IMG/VR virus record: IMGVR_UViG_3300034283_000433
Coordinates: 4,323-68,322 of that record
Length of the DNA: 64,000 nt
Reading direction: 5' to 3' (one strand)
Source: a virus
Shown: positions 20,503 through 30,476 of the stretch, piece by piece
Numbering within the stretch: position 1 is the first letter of the stretch
How the letters are laid out: each line of letters opens with the position of its first letter
Notes under the pieces: model-generated
What the model saw: the letters and a program-made list of their open reading frames with translations, nothing else
Database searches by the model: none
What the model was told of the DNA's origin: nothing
Position numbers and translations under genes: made by a program

Positions 20503-23500
20503 TTATCTATTATTTAAAGGTTGTTGTATTCCTAATTCTACGTAGTACAAATCTACTAAACTTTGCGGATTTACTGGCTTTAAGTTTAATTCAACCCAGC
20601 TACCTTTCAAAGGCCTTCCGTTTAGTAATCCTCCTGGGCTTAACATATCTCTCTTAAATGCAGCGTGATACTTGTCGTCTTTAATTCTAAAGTCAGACTG
20701 TACAAGCTGTGATTGTTGAGCCATATTAGTATTTACATCCCCTTGCGTAGGAGCAACCCAAGTAGTATTGCCTAATGTAGTTATAGTATTGTAATGCTTT
20801 TTGATGCTTTGACCATCATTGAAAATAATCTTTATACTAGGGCTTTTCTGTTCTTCATAGAAGTTAGCATAGTTAGTAGTATTGTTATGCACCCATAGCT
20901 CCCCATTTTTCCAAGTAATAATCAAATTACCAACAGAGTCTATCCACTCTGGGAAGTAGTCATAAAACGCACTATATGCGTTTCTAGTCTCAGAGAATCC
21001 AAATGTATAGTCTGGCAGTACAGTTGAGCTACCTTGCATAGCTGTAATGTACTCCTCTTCAAATAAGTCATACACTCCTAAAATCTTTGCATACCCTCCG
21101 TTACCAAACTTATCTGGGTAGTCTGTTTTTTGATATTTAGCTATCTTATCTGTAAAGAAAAAGTGTGCTTTATATAATTCAGTTATAGAAGTAATTCCAT
21201 CATTAGACAGTCTAATCTGAGCACCTAAAACAGGGTCTATAAAATAGTCAGCAATAGGCGAAGAAGCTAAAGAACAATACTGCTCTCCTATGCCATACTC
21301 ACCTTTATAGTACTGAATCTTATTTACGATTTCTGAGCTTTGAGAAACAACGCTATTACCATCTGCTGTTTGTAGCATATTTTGAAGGATAGGTACTACT
21401 CCACACGCTCTATTTTGGAATACTCTTAGTTGATTATCCCTTAATTTAAATCTTTGTATATCACCCTTTTGTCTGTCGTACTCATCAAGATTTTCTGGTA
21501 AAAACTTATTTGTATTGTTTATACTTGTACTACTTTGATACTCAAGAGAATATCTTATAGTCGTTGGAAAATATGTTTCTCTTGCATACTCATCTTCTAC
21601 AAATGTTCTTCCATTACCATCTAGCTTAGACTCATACTTATCAGATATAGACATATCTATAATTGAATGTCCGTTACTTCTTAGTCTTGAATAAACATCG
21701 CCTTTATACAAATAGTATTGAGCAGCCTGTGCAGGTGTAGCTTGACCAGGGTTCTGTATTACTTGATTTTTAAGAGAACCTTCGTGTACTAAATTTCCGT
21801 TAGCATCTGTTATGATATTGTAATTTTCTCCAAACTCATAATAAACTTGGTCGCTATAAGACGAATTGGTAAATGGCTTATACGCTTCAATATAGTATAT
21901 AACAGAGTTGTTTGGGTTTGTAGGCCAAGTACTCATAAATGCACTTGTATTATCGTACTGAATCTTAATCCAATAACCTGGTGTTTTAGTTCCGTCTGTA
22001 CTCTCTGTTAATACTTCAATAATTGGAACTTCATAGCCATTATAGGTAGATTGTCCAAAAGCTCCGTGTATGATGACTCTATCCCCTTTTGTATATTCAT
22101 AAATAGGGAATCCAGCATTATTCTGATTATAAGCCAATATGTTCATATAAGCATAAGTAGAATCCTTATAAACGAAATTTGTAGTAGCCCACACAAAATT
22201 GCTATTTGTCAAGTTCTTTGTTCTTACAAATGAAAATGATTTAGCCCAAGATGGTGGCTTATGAGAAATATTAAATTTAATTCTAGGGTATGGTATTATT
22301 GGGTCTGTACCTAAGCCTAAAGTTGTAACAGATAAGCTAGGTGTCATAAACCTCATTTCTGTATTTGTAACAACTCCGTTTGTAACACCAAACTCATCAA
22401 AGTATACTAAGCCAAACTTGTATAAAGAAGAATGCTTGTAAATTGAAATATTGGTATCTGGTATAGCATCAGGATTAATCAACGTTACAGTAGCTGTACC
22501 TGTTACAGACCATTGTAATGTATTGGCTGTAAATGGATAAACTATAGTAAATCCATTTGTTATAGCATCTGTATTTAATTCCGACTCGTTGCCTATTATA
22601 CCAGAAAAATAAGTAATAACATCATTTATTGTTTTCCCAGTCGTTACTGTATAAGAATAAGAATAGTTCTTAGTAGTAGCAACAGGGATTCCTCCAGTAC
22701 CTGTTAAATAAAACAATCTAACTGTCATCGCTATTATGTCACCAACGGCAGGTATACCAGTGAATGTAAATGACCACGCTGAACCATTACTTTTACCTGT
22801 AACAACTAAAGGATTAGAAGGCTTTACAGTATCTATAGTCTTAGATATAGAAAGTGTTTCACTAAAAGTATTACCCTCTGTAATTCCTCCGTAAGCTAAA
22901 ACATTACCATTTAATAACTCCTGTGTATTTGCTTTTTTAGGCACATAATCAAACAGCTGTGTGCTATCAGATAATCCGACAATAGAATACAATTGGTCGT
23001 TATAGAAATTATAAACGCTAGTTGAATTATCTGGAATAGAGTTCTTTGCCTTGTCTATAACAGTAGCAAGCATTCTATCAGAGAATACAGATGCTACACT
23101 CTCTCTTACAGATATTTCAATCTTAGTTACATCTCTCTGCCCTGTCTTGTAAAATACGTTTATTGCGTTGTTTACCGCAGCTGTAGATAGCGTTATATCC
23201 GTAACTCCTGGAGGAGGCACAAGCGCACTCCAAGGGCCCCAAGTAGATTTTGTATCATCTCTATAAACCCATCTATAACTAAATTGGAATAACTTACTAG
23301 CTAGGTTATTTGAAGTAGAACTAGGCTCTGTAGCATAGTTGCATACAGGAGCTAATCCAGGTACTTTTCTACTAACAGTCAGGTATTCTTTTTTCCAGTT
23401 ACTTCCGTATACATTAGCAGCTATTCTATTAGTTCCTGCTGGTCTATCTAAACCAGTATCCTTTATGTTTATTTTCATTGGTCTATTCTTCCTGTCTGTC

Positions 23501-23748
23501 CAATGAAGCACATCTCCGTCTTGTTCTGTTCTATATAATATATTTACTGAGGCTACTGGGAACTTTGGGTCAAACTCAAATAAGTCCTCTTGGCTGTCTA
23601 TAAAAGAAATAAGCAAAGGCTCAATAACGTTTGTCTTAAGATTGTATACATATATGCCATTATAACCAGCAGAGTTGTAATTAAAATAAAACACCCTGTG
23701 CTTTAATTCGTCATAATGAGACCCTATGCATTGATTGGTAGAAGCCAT
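20503..23748 (-). CDS. Tail nozzle/stabilization protein, apparently lacking its N-terminal ~60 aa
   Basis: 1081 aa; WTDRKNRPMKINI, FQFSYRWVY.D, YKFGLVYFDEFG, RLSNDGIT.I motifs. Confidence 0.8.
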   Translation of the reverse strand: MASTNQCIGSHYDELKHRVFYFNYNSAGYNGIYVYNLKTNVIEPLLISFIDSQEDLFEFDPKFPVASVNILYRTEQDGDVLHWTDRKNRPMKINIKDTGLDRPAGTNRIAANVYGSNWKKEYLTVSRKVPGLAPVCNYATEPSSTSNNLASKLFQFSYRWVYRDDTKSTWGPWSALVPPPGVTDITLSTAAVNNAINVFYKTGQRDVTKIEISVRESVASVFSDRMLATVIDKAKNSIPDNSTSVYNFYNDQLYSIVGLSDSTQLFDYVPKKANTQELLNGNVLAYGGITEGNTFSETLSISKTIDTVKPSNPLVVTGKSNGSAWSFTFTGIPAVGDIIAMTVRLFYLTGTGGIPVATTKNYSYSYTVTTGKTINDVITYFSGIIGNESELNTDAITNGFTIVYPFTANTLQWSVTGTATVTLINPDAIPDTNISIYKHSSLYKFGLVYFDEFGVTNGVVTNTEMRFMTPSLSVTTLGLGTDPIIPYPRIKFNISHKPPSWAKSFSFVRTKNLTNSNFVWATTNFVYKDSTYAYMNILAYNQNNAGFPIYEYTKGDRVIIHGAFGQSTYNGYEVPIIEVLTESTDGTKTPGYWIKIQYDNTSAFMSTWPTNPNNSVIYYIEAYKPFTNSSYSDQVYYEFGENYNIITDANGNLVHEGSLKNQVIQNPGQATPAQAAQYYLYKGDVYSRLRSNGHSIIDMSISDKYESKLDGNGRTFVEDEYARETYFPTTIRYSLEYQSSTSINNTNKFLPENLDEYDRQKGDIQRFKLRDNQLRVFQNRACGVVPILQNMLQTADGNSVVSQSSEIVNKIQYYKGEYGIGEQYCSLASSPIADYFIDPVLGAQIRLSNDGITSITELYKAHFFFTDKIAKYQKTDYPDKFGNGGYAKILGVYDLFEEEYITAMQGSSTVLPDYTFGFSETRNAYSAFYDYFPEWIDSVGNLIITWKNGELWVHNNTTNYANFYEEQKSPSIKIIFNDGQSIKKHYNTITTLGNTTWVAPTQGDVNTNMAQQSQLVQSDFRIKDDKYHAAFKRDMLSPGGLLNGRPLKGSWVELNLKPVNPQSLVDLYYVELGIQQPLNNR

Positions 23749-23751
23749 TTA

Positions 23752-23991
23752 TTAAACTGTTTTAAATCTTAATGTTATAAAGTTAGAACAATATTGCGTA
23801 AGTGATTGAATCTTAATCTGATATGCAGTATCTGGAACGTCAGTATATTGTTTTGGAGTCCCTGTAACGAATGCTTGAGCAGTCTTTTCCCACCCAGAAA
23901 CTAATGCACCAGCATTGTCTAACGCAGTAAGTGTAAAGTTACCTGTATCTAGACCCTGAGTTGTTATTGTAATGCTGACTGTTTGTGCCAT
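23752..23991 (-). CDS. Small beta-rich virion-associated protein
   Basis: 79 aa with own TATCTTTG element at 24016-24023. Confidence 0.6.
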   Translation of the reverse strand: MAQTVSITITTQGLDTGNFTLTALDNAGALVSGWEKTAQAFVTGTPKQYTDVPDTAYQIKIQSLTQYCSNFITLRFKTV

Positions 23992-24073
23992 ATTTTCTAC
24001 CGAATTTTAATTGCTCAAAGATACGATTTTATGATATTAGATAAATTGCAAGGAATATACTGAAAATGCCTAA

Positions 24074-24673
24074 TTAATCATTCATTTTAAACAGAATCAT
24101 ACACTTATCATTATAATGGGGATATCCTTCTTGGCAATTTTCATTAATCAAATATATTGGGTTTAAATAAAACGGCTCAATCATAAGATTTATACATTTC
24201 CATCCCCCATCCTGTATGTCTGGATTCATATTCCAACGTGTAAATGATGTAGCTAAAAGATACTTGCTACCACTATTTCTTATGTTAGCTATTGCTTTAT
24301 GTACATTTTCATTTGTTAAATGTCCTAGACAATCTCTAACAAAAACTAAGTCAACTTTAGGTAATTCATCAGTTGTTAAATCTAATGTTCTAAAATCTAT
24401 ATTTGGATAAGATTGCTTATTAGATATTATTAATTTTTCTACTATATCTGCACCTATATAAGAAACACTGGATAAATCAACTTTTTTCATCCAATTCCAG
24501 TCTCCGCAAGGTATGTCTAGCATAGATTTTATATCAAATTTTTGAAACAAATAAGGTAGTTCATTCCTTATTAATTCTGTATTCTTTAACTCAGAACCAA
24601 TTCCACTTGAACTTTCAGAAGAAGTCCATAAATTATTTTCATAAATATCTGTAAATGTTTCTTTTATACTCAT
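24074..24673 (-). CDS. Class I SAM-dependent methyltransferase
   Basis: SG.GS, MLDIPCGD.NWM, YIGADIV, DL..VRDCL.HL motifs; ATG 24673 overlaps GT stop (ATGA). Confidence 0.85.
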   Translation of the reverse strand: MSIKETFTDIYENNLWTSSESSSGIGSELKNTELIRNELPYLFQKFDIKSMLDIPCGDWNWMKKVDLSSVSYIGADIVEKLIISNKQSYPNIDFRTLDLTTDELPKVDLVFVRDCLGHLTNENVHKAIANIRNSGSKYLLATSFTRWNMNPDIQDGGWKCINLMIEPFYLNPIYLINENCQEGYPHYNDKCMILFKMND

Positions 24674-25596
24674 ATTAATATTGTTTTTTTGGCTGTTTCT
24701 TGTACTTGCATCCAATAGTAGTAGGATGCTCTATTTTGGTCTATGTGTAAATCATCCCAATATGGAAGTTTATTTGCGTAAGAAGACTTGAAGAATAATC
24801 CGCTATTGCTATTGGTTACTCCTGCATTATGTAATATCCAATACTTGTCAATAACCTCAATACTATCCGTACTCCATCCAAACCCAAGTCTTTTATCAAC
24901 CTCTGTAGGATGGCCAAATAACCAAGCATTCCAAAGTAAAGCCCACATACCAGCAGTCCATTTTTGTATGGGGTAGTCATTTGGGAATTTCTCTATATAA
25001 CTACCTTCTACAGCGCAAAAGTATTGATATAACTTTATAGAATCTTTTTCTACTTTGTCCCAAAAATCAGCACCTTCTCCTTTAACTATATATTGAGCCC
25101 CTCCAGAGTGGTTTTTCATTAACTTAGGTATTTGCTTGTCTATACCTATTATTTCGCACATAGCTTCATATATATCATTACCCTTGTGTTGTATGTAGTC
25201 ATAATTTATATATGAATTAGTATCACTCATATACCAAGTGCCAGGTGTCATATACCAGTCTAATTCTGGAGGCCTAGTAAATACTATATCACAATCGTGT
25301 AAGAATAAGTATTTATTTTTTAATTCAGGGAATGCAGTTAGATGATGTTTCATTAAATTGAAGTATACAGATGGAATATAGCTATTAGGCTGTCTAGTAT
25401 CTTCATAGAAATAAAAACCTACAGGAGCATAATGATTTTTTAGTTTTACCCAATCTTCTGGTATATATCCTCCATTAATTGAGCATAAAATATCTATTTG
25501 ATTTGGGTCAATACCATTTTTTATAAAATTATTTATAAGTACTTCTATCTGCCATCTATAATAGTCGTTGGCAGGCTGTGCGCATATATATCTCAT
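24670..25596 (-). CDS. GT-A fold glycosyltransferase resembling peptide O-glycosyltransferases (GT95/GT96)
   Basis: YYRWQ, LFLHDCDIVFTRP (DxD), KWTAGMWA, ILHNAG motifs. Confidence 0.7.
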   Translation of the reverse strand: MRYICAQPANDYYRWQIEVLINNFIKNGIDPNQIDILCSINGGYIPEDWVKLKNHYAPVGFYFYEDTRQPNSYIPSVYFNLMKHHLTAFPELKNKYLFLHDCDIVFTRPPELDWYMTPGTWYMSDTNSYINYDYIQHKGNDIYEAMCEIIGIDKQIPKLMKNHSGGAQYIVKGEGADFWDKVEKDSIKLYQYFCAVEGSYIEKFPNDYPIQKWTAGMWALLWNAWLFGHPTEVDKRLGFGWSTDSIEVIDKYWILHNAGVTNSNSGLFFKSSYANKLPYWDDLHIDQNRASYYYWMQVQETAKKTILI

Positions 25597-25619
25597 ATTA
25601 TTGGTTTACTTTTTAACAA

Positions 25620-28160
25620 TTAACATCCTGCTGCTGTTGCGCAAGATATAAAAGAAGTAGAACTCATTATTATTGCTGGGCTACCACTTTGGAATCTACT
25701 TCCAACTGTATAAGCAAAACCTGTAGGAGTAGCTGGTCTATAGTATCTTATAGGATTTGCACTAAAACCTACTGGAAATGCACCATATTTTTGCTCTCCA
25801 GTTGCAACACAAGAGCCATTATCACACATATATTCTGTCATAAAAAATATATCATAAGGAGCAGCCGTTGTGGTGGTAGTTGTAGTAGTGGTAGTAGTTG
25901 TGGTACATCCAGCATTTATAGACCTTATTTTAGACCTTCCTTCTGTATCTTTTACTACAACAAATCTTGTAGAATTTCCAGGTTGATTATTATAAAATTT
26001 ACTACCAGAAACAGCTTCAAATGAACCACTAATTGCAGCAGACTCTGAATCGTATGTAGTTGTACTAGCTAAGTAACTTCCATTACCACCTGTAAATCCA
26101 CTTATTGTAATATCTTGGAATGAACCATCACAAACAGAACTAATACTGCAATTAACAGGAGCCAATGTGGTAGTAGTTGTTGTATATCCACAATCAGGTG
26201 AATTAGATGAATAAAATCCTCCAGCCTGAAACGCATTATAAGTTGTAGAACAAGGATTTGTATCTATTTGTTCGTAATGTTTATTTACATCTACGCATCT
26301 CCAATAAGTATTTATATCTCTATTTACCCAAACAGGGTCTGTATTAGGTGCTGTTTGTGAAGGGTTTGTAGCATACGTCGTAGTTCCTGCAATCCATTGA
26401 TTACCAAAGAAACAAGTATTCGTATTTTTATAAACAGGCGTAGATGTTACACCTGAATTACAAGTATAAATATATCCAACAAGTTCAGTATAGCTTGCAT
26501 TAAAGTTAAATGTTTGTCCTATTTGTTTAGGAGTACTTATACTACCAGAAACTATTTTTATATATCTAGTTCCATTTGGTTGGTTATTATAATTATAAGT
26601 ACTAGCTGGAGTTGTAGAAACAGCACCAGCCATAGCAGCTCCTGCATCAGCATAAGTTGTTAAAGAAGCATAATAATTAGTACCATCACCTCCAGCAAAG
26701 TTATTCACTGTGATATTCTGCGTTCCTGAACTAGTACAAACAGAACTAGTGCTAGCTGTTATTGGAGGAAGAGTAGTTGTTGTAGTAGTAGGGCAAACTC
26801 CAACAGTAAATGATTTTGCAATCTTATTAAATGTATTAGCCCTATCTCTTACAGCAACCCAATATGTACCTGCAGCTAATCCAGTATATGTTCTAGTAAA
26901 TTCTACATTAGTAAAACTTCCGTCTCTTGCAGCTTGCTCTGTAGAATATGTAATATTACTAGGAGTTGCATCATACGTACCTAATCCACCAGTAAATGAT
27001 AATATAGTAATTTGGCCATCTGATTCACCACTATTAGCACATCCAGCACTTCCACCAAAATTAACAGGAGCTGGAGTTGTTGTACTCGTAGTTGTTGTCG
27101 TAGTTGTAGTAGTTGTTCCGCAACTTATATTAGGATATTTAGTACTTCCATAACTTAATGAAGTTCCAATACCTACTGTTAATATATAATTAGAATCAGG
27201 TAAGTTAGAGAATGTAACTCCACTTCCTTGATTAAATGGCCCTAATGTAGTTCTTTGGCCATTAGATATATTTATAATTGTAGCATAGTAATTTAAATAC
27301 GTTCCACCATCTGCATTTGCAACAATTATCTGACCAGACCCAGGGCCTGCAAGACAAGCTGTCGTAAATGTATACGTTACCATAGGTATTGTAGTAGTCG
27401 TAGTTATTGTTTGACATCCAGTTCCACCTATGCTTTGTATAGGATAATTAGGTGAAGGAAGTGCTGTAGGAGATATACTCTGTATATAATAATTTCTTTG
27501 TGTAACAGGACTATAAACACTCTGATTAACAGTGAATGTATCTTGGAAATAGTTAGTTGATGTAACTATAGAATTGCTTGTACAATCGTATATATAATAC
27601 CACTCTTGTGGAGGAGCAGTTGTTGTGCTAGTAGTACTTGTTGTAGTACAATTAGAATTAACTGATTTAACTACTGGAGTAGTGCCACTTCCATCTCTTA
27701 CTGCTACAAATCTAGCTGTAGTGCCAGCTTGATTATCATAAACCTTTGCACCATTACTAACAGCTACAAATGTGCCGTTTAAGGCAGCAAATTCTGTATC
27801 ATAAGTAGTTGTGCTAGCTTGATAATTACCATCTCCACCTGTAATGCTATTTATAGTGACATCCTGATATATGCCATCACAAACAGAAAGAATATTAAAA
27901 TTAACTGCAGTTGTTAAAGCTATTGTACCACTTAAAGCACAGTTAGGCGTAAATACTATATTACCAGAAAAATTACAATCGTTTTTAATTAAACTTGAGT
28001 TTGTAACCATTGAATTACCTCTGATAGCTGTAAAGTGCATATCAGGAGCATTACCCTTAAAAACGCCATTTCTAGCCTCTTTATGATGAGTGCTAGGGAA
28101 TATATCATTGGAATCATCCAAGTTCATAATCCCCTGAAATGTCTTTCTTTGTGTACTCAT
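25620..28160 (-). CDS. Thr-run (mucin-like) protein with SprB-like repeats and nozzle-type N-terminal peptide
   Basis: Six Cys-initiated, Pro-terminated Thr runs; ~5 repeats such as C...DGQITI..FTGG.GTY...YTGLAAGTYWVAVRD. Confidence 0.8.
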   Translation of the reverse strand: MSTQRKTFQGIMNLDDSNDIFPSTHHKEARNGVFKGNAPDMHFTAIRGNSMVTNSSLIKNDCNFSGNIVFTPNCALSGTIALTTAVNFNILSVCDGIYQDVTINSITGGDGNYQASTTTYDTEFAALNGTFVAVSNGAKVYDNQAGTTARFVAVRDGSGTTPVVKSVNSNCTTTSTTSTTTAPPQEWYYIYDCTSNSIVTSTNYFQDTFTVNQSVYSPVTQRNYYIQSISPTALPSPNYPIQSIGGTGCQTITTTTTIPMVTYTFTTACLAGPGSGQIIVANADGGTYLNYYATIINISNGQRTTLGPFNQGSGVTFSNLPDSNYILTVGIGTSLSYGSTKYPNISCGTTTTTTTTTTSTTTPAPVNFGGSAGCANSGESDGQITILSFTGGLGTYDATPSNITYSTEQAARDGSFTNVEFTRTYTGLAAGTYWVAVRDRANTFNKIAKSFTVGVCPTTTTTTLPPITASTSSVCTSSGTQNITVNNFAGGDGTNYYASLTTYADAGAAMAGAVSTTPASTYNYNNQPNGTRYIKIVSGSISTPKQIGQTFNFNASYTELVGYIYTCNSGVTSTPVYKNTNTCFFGNQWIAGTTTYATNPSQTAPNTDPVWVNRDINTYWRCVDVNKHYEQIDTNPCSTTYNAFQAGGFYSSNSPDCGYTTTTTTLAPVNCSISSVCDGSFQDITISGFTGGNGSYLASTTTYDSESAAISGSFEAVSGSKFYNNQPGNSTRFVVVKDTEGRSKIRSINAGCTTTTTTTTTTTTTAAPYDIFFMTEYMCDNGSCVATGEQKYGAFPVGFSANPIRYYRPATPTGFAYTVGSRFQSGSPAIIMSSTSFISCATAAGC

Positions 28161-28161
28161 C

Positions 28162-28353
28162 TTAAGGTCTGTCTATGGTTTTTAAATTGCTATTGGTTAC
28201 TTTGCTATTTCCTTTTACTGACTGAAATTTAATAAGACCGCCATTGCCTCTAAAAACACCATTTCTAGCCTCTTTGTGGTGAAAGCTAGGCATCGTGTCT
28301 TTTGGGTCATCTAAGTTCATAAAGCCACTTATTGTCTTCTTTTCAGTTCTCAT
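28162..28353 (-). CDS. 63-aa paralogue of the N-terminus of the 846-aa protein
   Basis: 34 of 57 residues identical to the start of 25620..28160; tightly packed between neighbours. Confidence 0.8.
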   Translation of the reverse strand: MRTEKKTISGFMNLDDPKDTMPSFHHKEARNGVFRGNGGLIKFQSVKGNSKVTNSNLKTIDRP

Positions 28354-28354
28354 A

Positions 28355-29125
28355 TTATGCTCTTACTACCAATTTTTGACCAAGTCTAATTACTTCGTTT
28401 GCCTCTGGCAAAGAGAATGTATTCTCACGAAGGTTAGCTAATCTTTTTTGGTTGTAGTATTCTTTTCTACGTAATTGCTTATCTCCTAAACTTGCACGTC
28501 TACCCAAAGGTAAATGCTCAATATCTTTCCAAGCTATAAAAGCTAAAACAGCTTCTCTAATTTGAACTGGTATTTTGTAGTCTACATCGTCAGCAGGAGA
28601 AGACAAGTATTCTAATACCACATAGTCGTGGCTATATTCGTTATCAAGATATAATATACCTTGCTCCTCGTCAATATCAAAAGAACCTGCGCCATTTAAA
28701 ACAGCACCTGCTCCAAATATATTTACATATCTAGCTCCGTCAAAATAGTTTACAAAAGCTAAGTCTTGTAGTCTATAGGTATTACCTGTTGTATTATCTG
28801 TATTGCTGTCAGTTCTATCTGCTTGGTTGATTTTATAAGAAGATAGGTTTCTGTTTCTTTTCAAGGTAGCAACTTCTCCGTCTGCGTTAAATACGCCTAC
28901 TTTAGAAAAGCCAATATAATCAGAAGGCAATGTAACAGTCTTGTTTGCATTAACTACCAACTTAGCTGTTTTAGGTGTGGAATATACATCCATCCCCATT
29001 TCTTCTACGCCACGAACTCCTACAGTCCATAATCTACGATACTCAGCATTAGTCTGTTTAGACTGGTCTAAGTATTGGTAAATTACTTCTGATAAAGGAA
29101 CCCATTTTGCTGTATCTTTTGCCAT
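28355..29125 (-). CDS. Tail ring/adaptor structural protein
   Basis: LPSDYI and VVLEYLS motifs; position between capsid and nozzle. Confidence 0.65.
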   Translation of the reverse strand: MAKDTAKWVPLSEVIYQYLDQSKQTNAEYRRLWTVGVRGVEEMGMDVYSTPKTAKLVVNANKTVTLPSDYIGFSKVGVFNADGEVATLKRNRNLSSYKINQADRTDSNTDNTTGNTYRLQDLAFVNYFDGARYVNIFGAGAVLNGAGSFDIDEEQGILYLDNEYSHDYVVLEYLSSPADDVDYKIPVQIREAVLAFIAWKDIEHLPLGRRASLGDKQLRRKEYYNQKRLANLRENTFSLPEANEVIRLGQKLVVRA

Positions 29126-29131
29126 TTTTTA

Positions 29132-29755
29132 TTATATTTTATCTAGTGCATCATTTGTTGAATCTTGAGGCGTAGCCTTTCTAGGTCTAAGCTGATTCAT
29201 TACTAAATTGATGATGTCTGTAATATATTCTTGAGGTACGTTAATTTCTGCATCTAAATCAGAAGTCTCTGTACTTACCATTCTTACTATTGCAAATCTA
29301 CCAACTAAATTGGTATAACTCTTAAACCAAAGCTTTTTTCCTTCTACCCAATAAAATATTTTACTAGGAGGCTGCTTTAAATTATCCATATAGTCTAACT
29401 CTCTTGGAGAAACAGGTATTGGTGATTTAGCCAAGCCTGTACTAGTAGGGAATGTAACTGTAGATATACCATATCCTCTAGATAATCCAAGTGGAACTTG
29501 AGGTAAATCTAAAGAGTAGTATCCTGTATCGTTATCTTTTGTAATAGCTAAGTTTTTAAATGTCGCATAAAAAGAATCTGCAACAGTCTCTATACCATCT
29601 AGCTTAATAGCATCAGTATAGTTTACTTTAGCCATATAAGCTATAGCTTCGTTAATATATAGATTAATTTCTTTCTCTGTTATATTAGCATCGTCAGTAG
29701 GTATGCCTCCGTAAAGCATACGTCTTATTTGCTCTATCAAAACTCTTCTAGTCAT
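29132..29755 (-). CDS. Tail ring/adaptor structural protein
   Basis: 207 aa; synteny with adjacent ring genes. Confidence 0.6.
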   Translation of the reverse strand: MTRRVLIEQIRRMLYGGIPTDDANITEKEINLYINEAIAYMAKVNYTDAIKLDGIETVADSFYATFKNLAITKDNDTGYYSLDLPQVPLGLSRGYGISTVTFPTSTGLAKSPIPVSPRELDYMDNLKQPPSKIFYWVEGKKLWFKSYTNLVGRFAIVRMVSTETSDLDAEINVPQEYITDIINLVMNQLRPRKATPQDSTNDALDKI

Positions 29756-30435
29756 TATTGGCCTTCGTTTTTAATTGTTTGAGATACTCTAAGCAAATCA
29801 CCATCTTTTAAATTAATACCTATAATTCCAATTGCTCTGTAGATAATTTCATTCATATCTGCATCACCCCACTCTGGTTGAACAGAACCTGTAGTAGGAA
29901 CTACAGAAGGCCCACCAGCAGCAGAATAAACCAAGTTACCAGTATAAGCCCAAACCATTGTATTTGGATTTCTAATGTATCCAAGTATAGGAGCTGCTAC
30001 ATTTGATGGGTAAAATTTAAAATTATCACCAAACTCCATATAAATAGCATCTGTAGTTGTAGGTGCATCTATTGGGTTAATTAAGTGGTTTGCAAGATTA
30101 TCATCAAATACCTTCTTTATAGGTCTATTAGTAGATGTTCTTAAAGATGTAGCCGTATTCATATTTGCAGGCTTAGGTGCAACCCCAGATGTAACAGTTA
30201 GGCCTGTTTCTGTATAAAACTTTGATAATCTATCAGATATAGCAGAATTTACAATAAGGCCTGCTGGACTTTTTCTGTTATTACTATTAACGTTACCAGT
30301 ACCATCAACAAGTGATTCTAAATACTGCGATTGCGCCATATTTATAATACTATTGAAATCTTCTGGAGACAAATACGTACCCTGATATTTATCAACAAGG
30401 TAGGTTACTATTTTATATACTTCATCTATAGTCAT
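29755..30435 (-). CDS. Head-tail adaptor / tail tubular protein
   Basis: MTIDEVY..V...K.QG.YLSPEDFN....AQ and Y.R.P...WAY motifs. Confidence 0.7.
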   Translation of the reverse strand: MTIDEVYKIVTYLVDKYQGTYLSPEDFNSIINMAQSQYLESLVDGTGNVNSNNRKSPAGLIVNSAISDRLSKFYTETGLTVTSGVAPKPANMNTATSLRTSTNRPIKKVFDDNLANHLINPIDAPTTTDAIYMEFGDNFKFYPSNVAAPILGYIRNPNTMVWAYTGNLVYSAAGGPSVVPTTGSVQPEWGDADMNEIIYRAIGIIGINLKDGDLLRVSQTIKNEGQ

Positions 30436-30450
30436 ATTGCAAATATAAAC

Positions 30451-30476
30451 AAAAAAGCCCCTATAGAAATAGGGGC
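30451..30476 (-). terminator. Intrinsic terminator with UUUCUA loop
   Basis: GCCCCTA-TTTCTA-TAGGGGC followed by T6 on - strand. Confidence 0.8.

Noticed and set aside
23749-28161. Self-splicing intron or intein explaining the split nozzle
   Set aside because: Interval is filled with packed ORFs and an internal promoter; no intron core or intein motifs seen (RT-PCR would be decisive)
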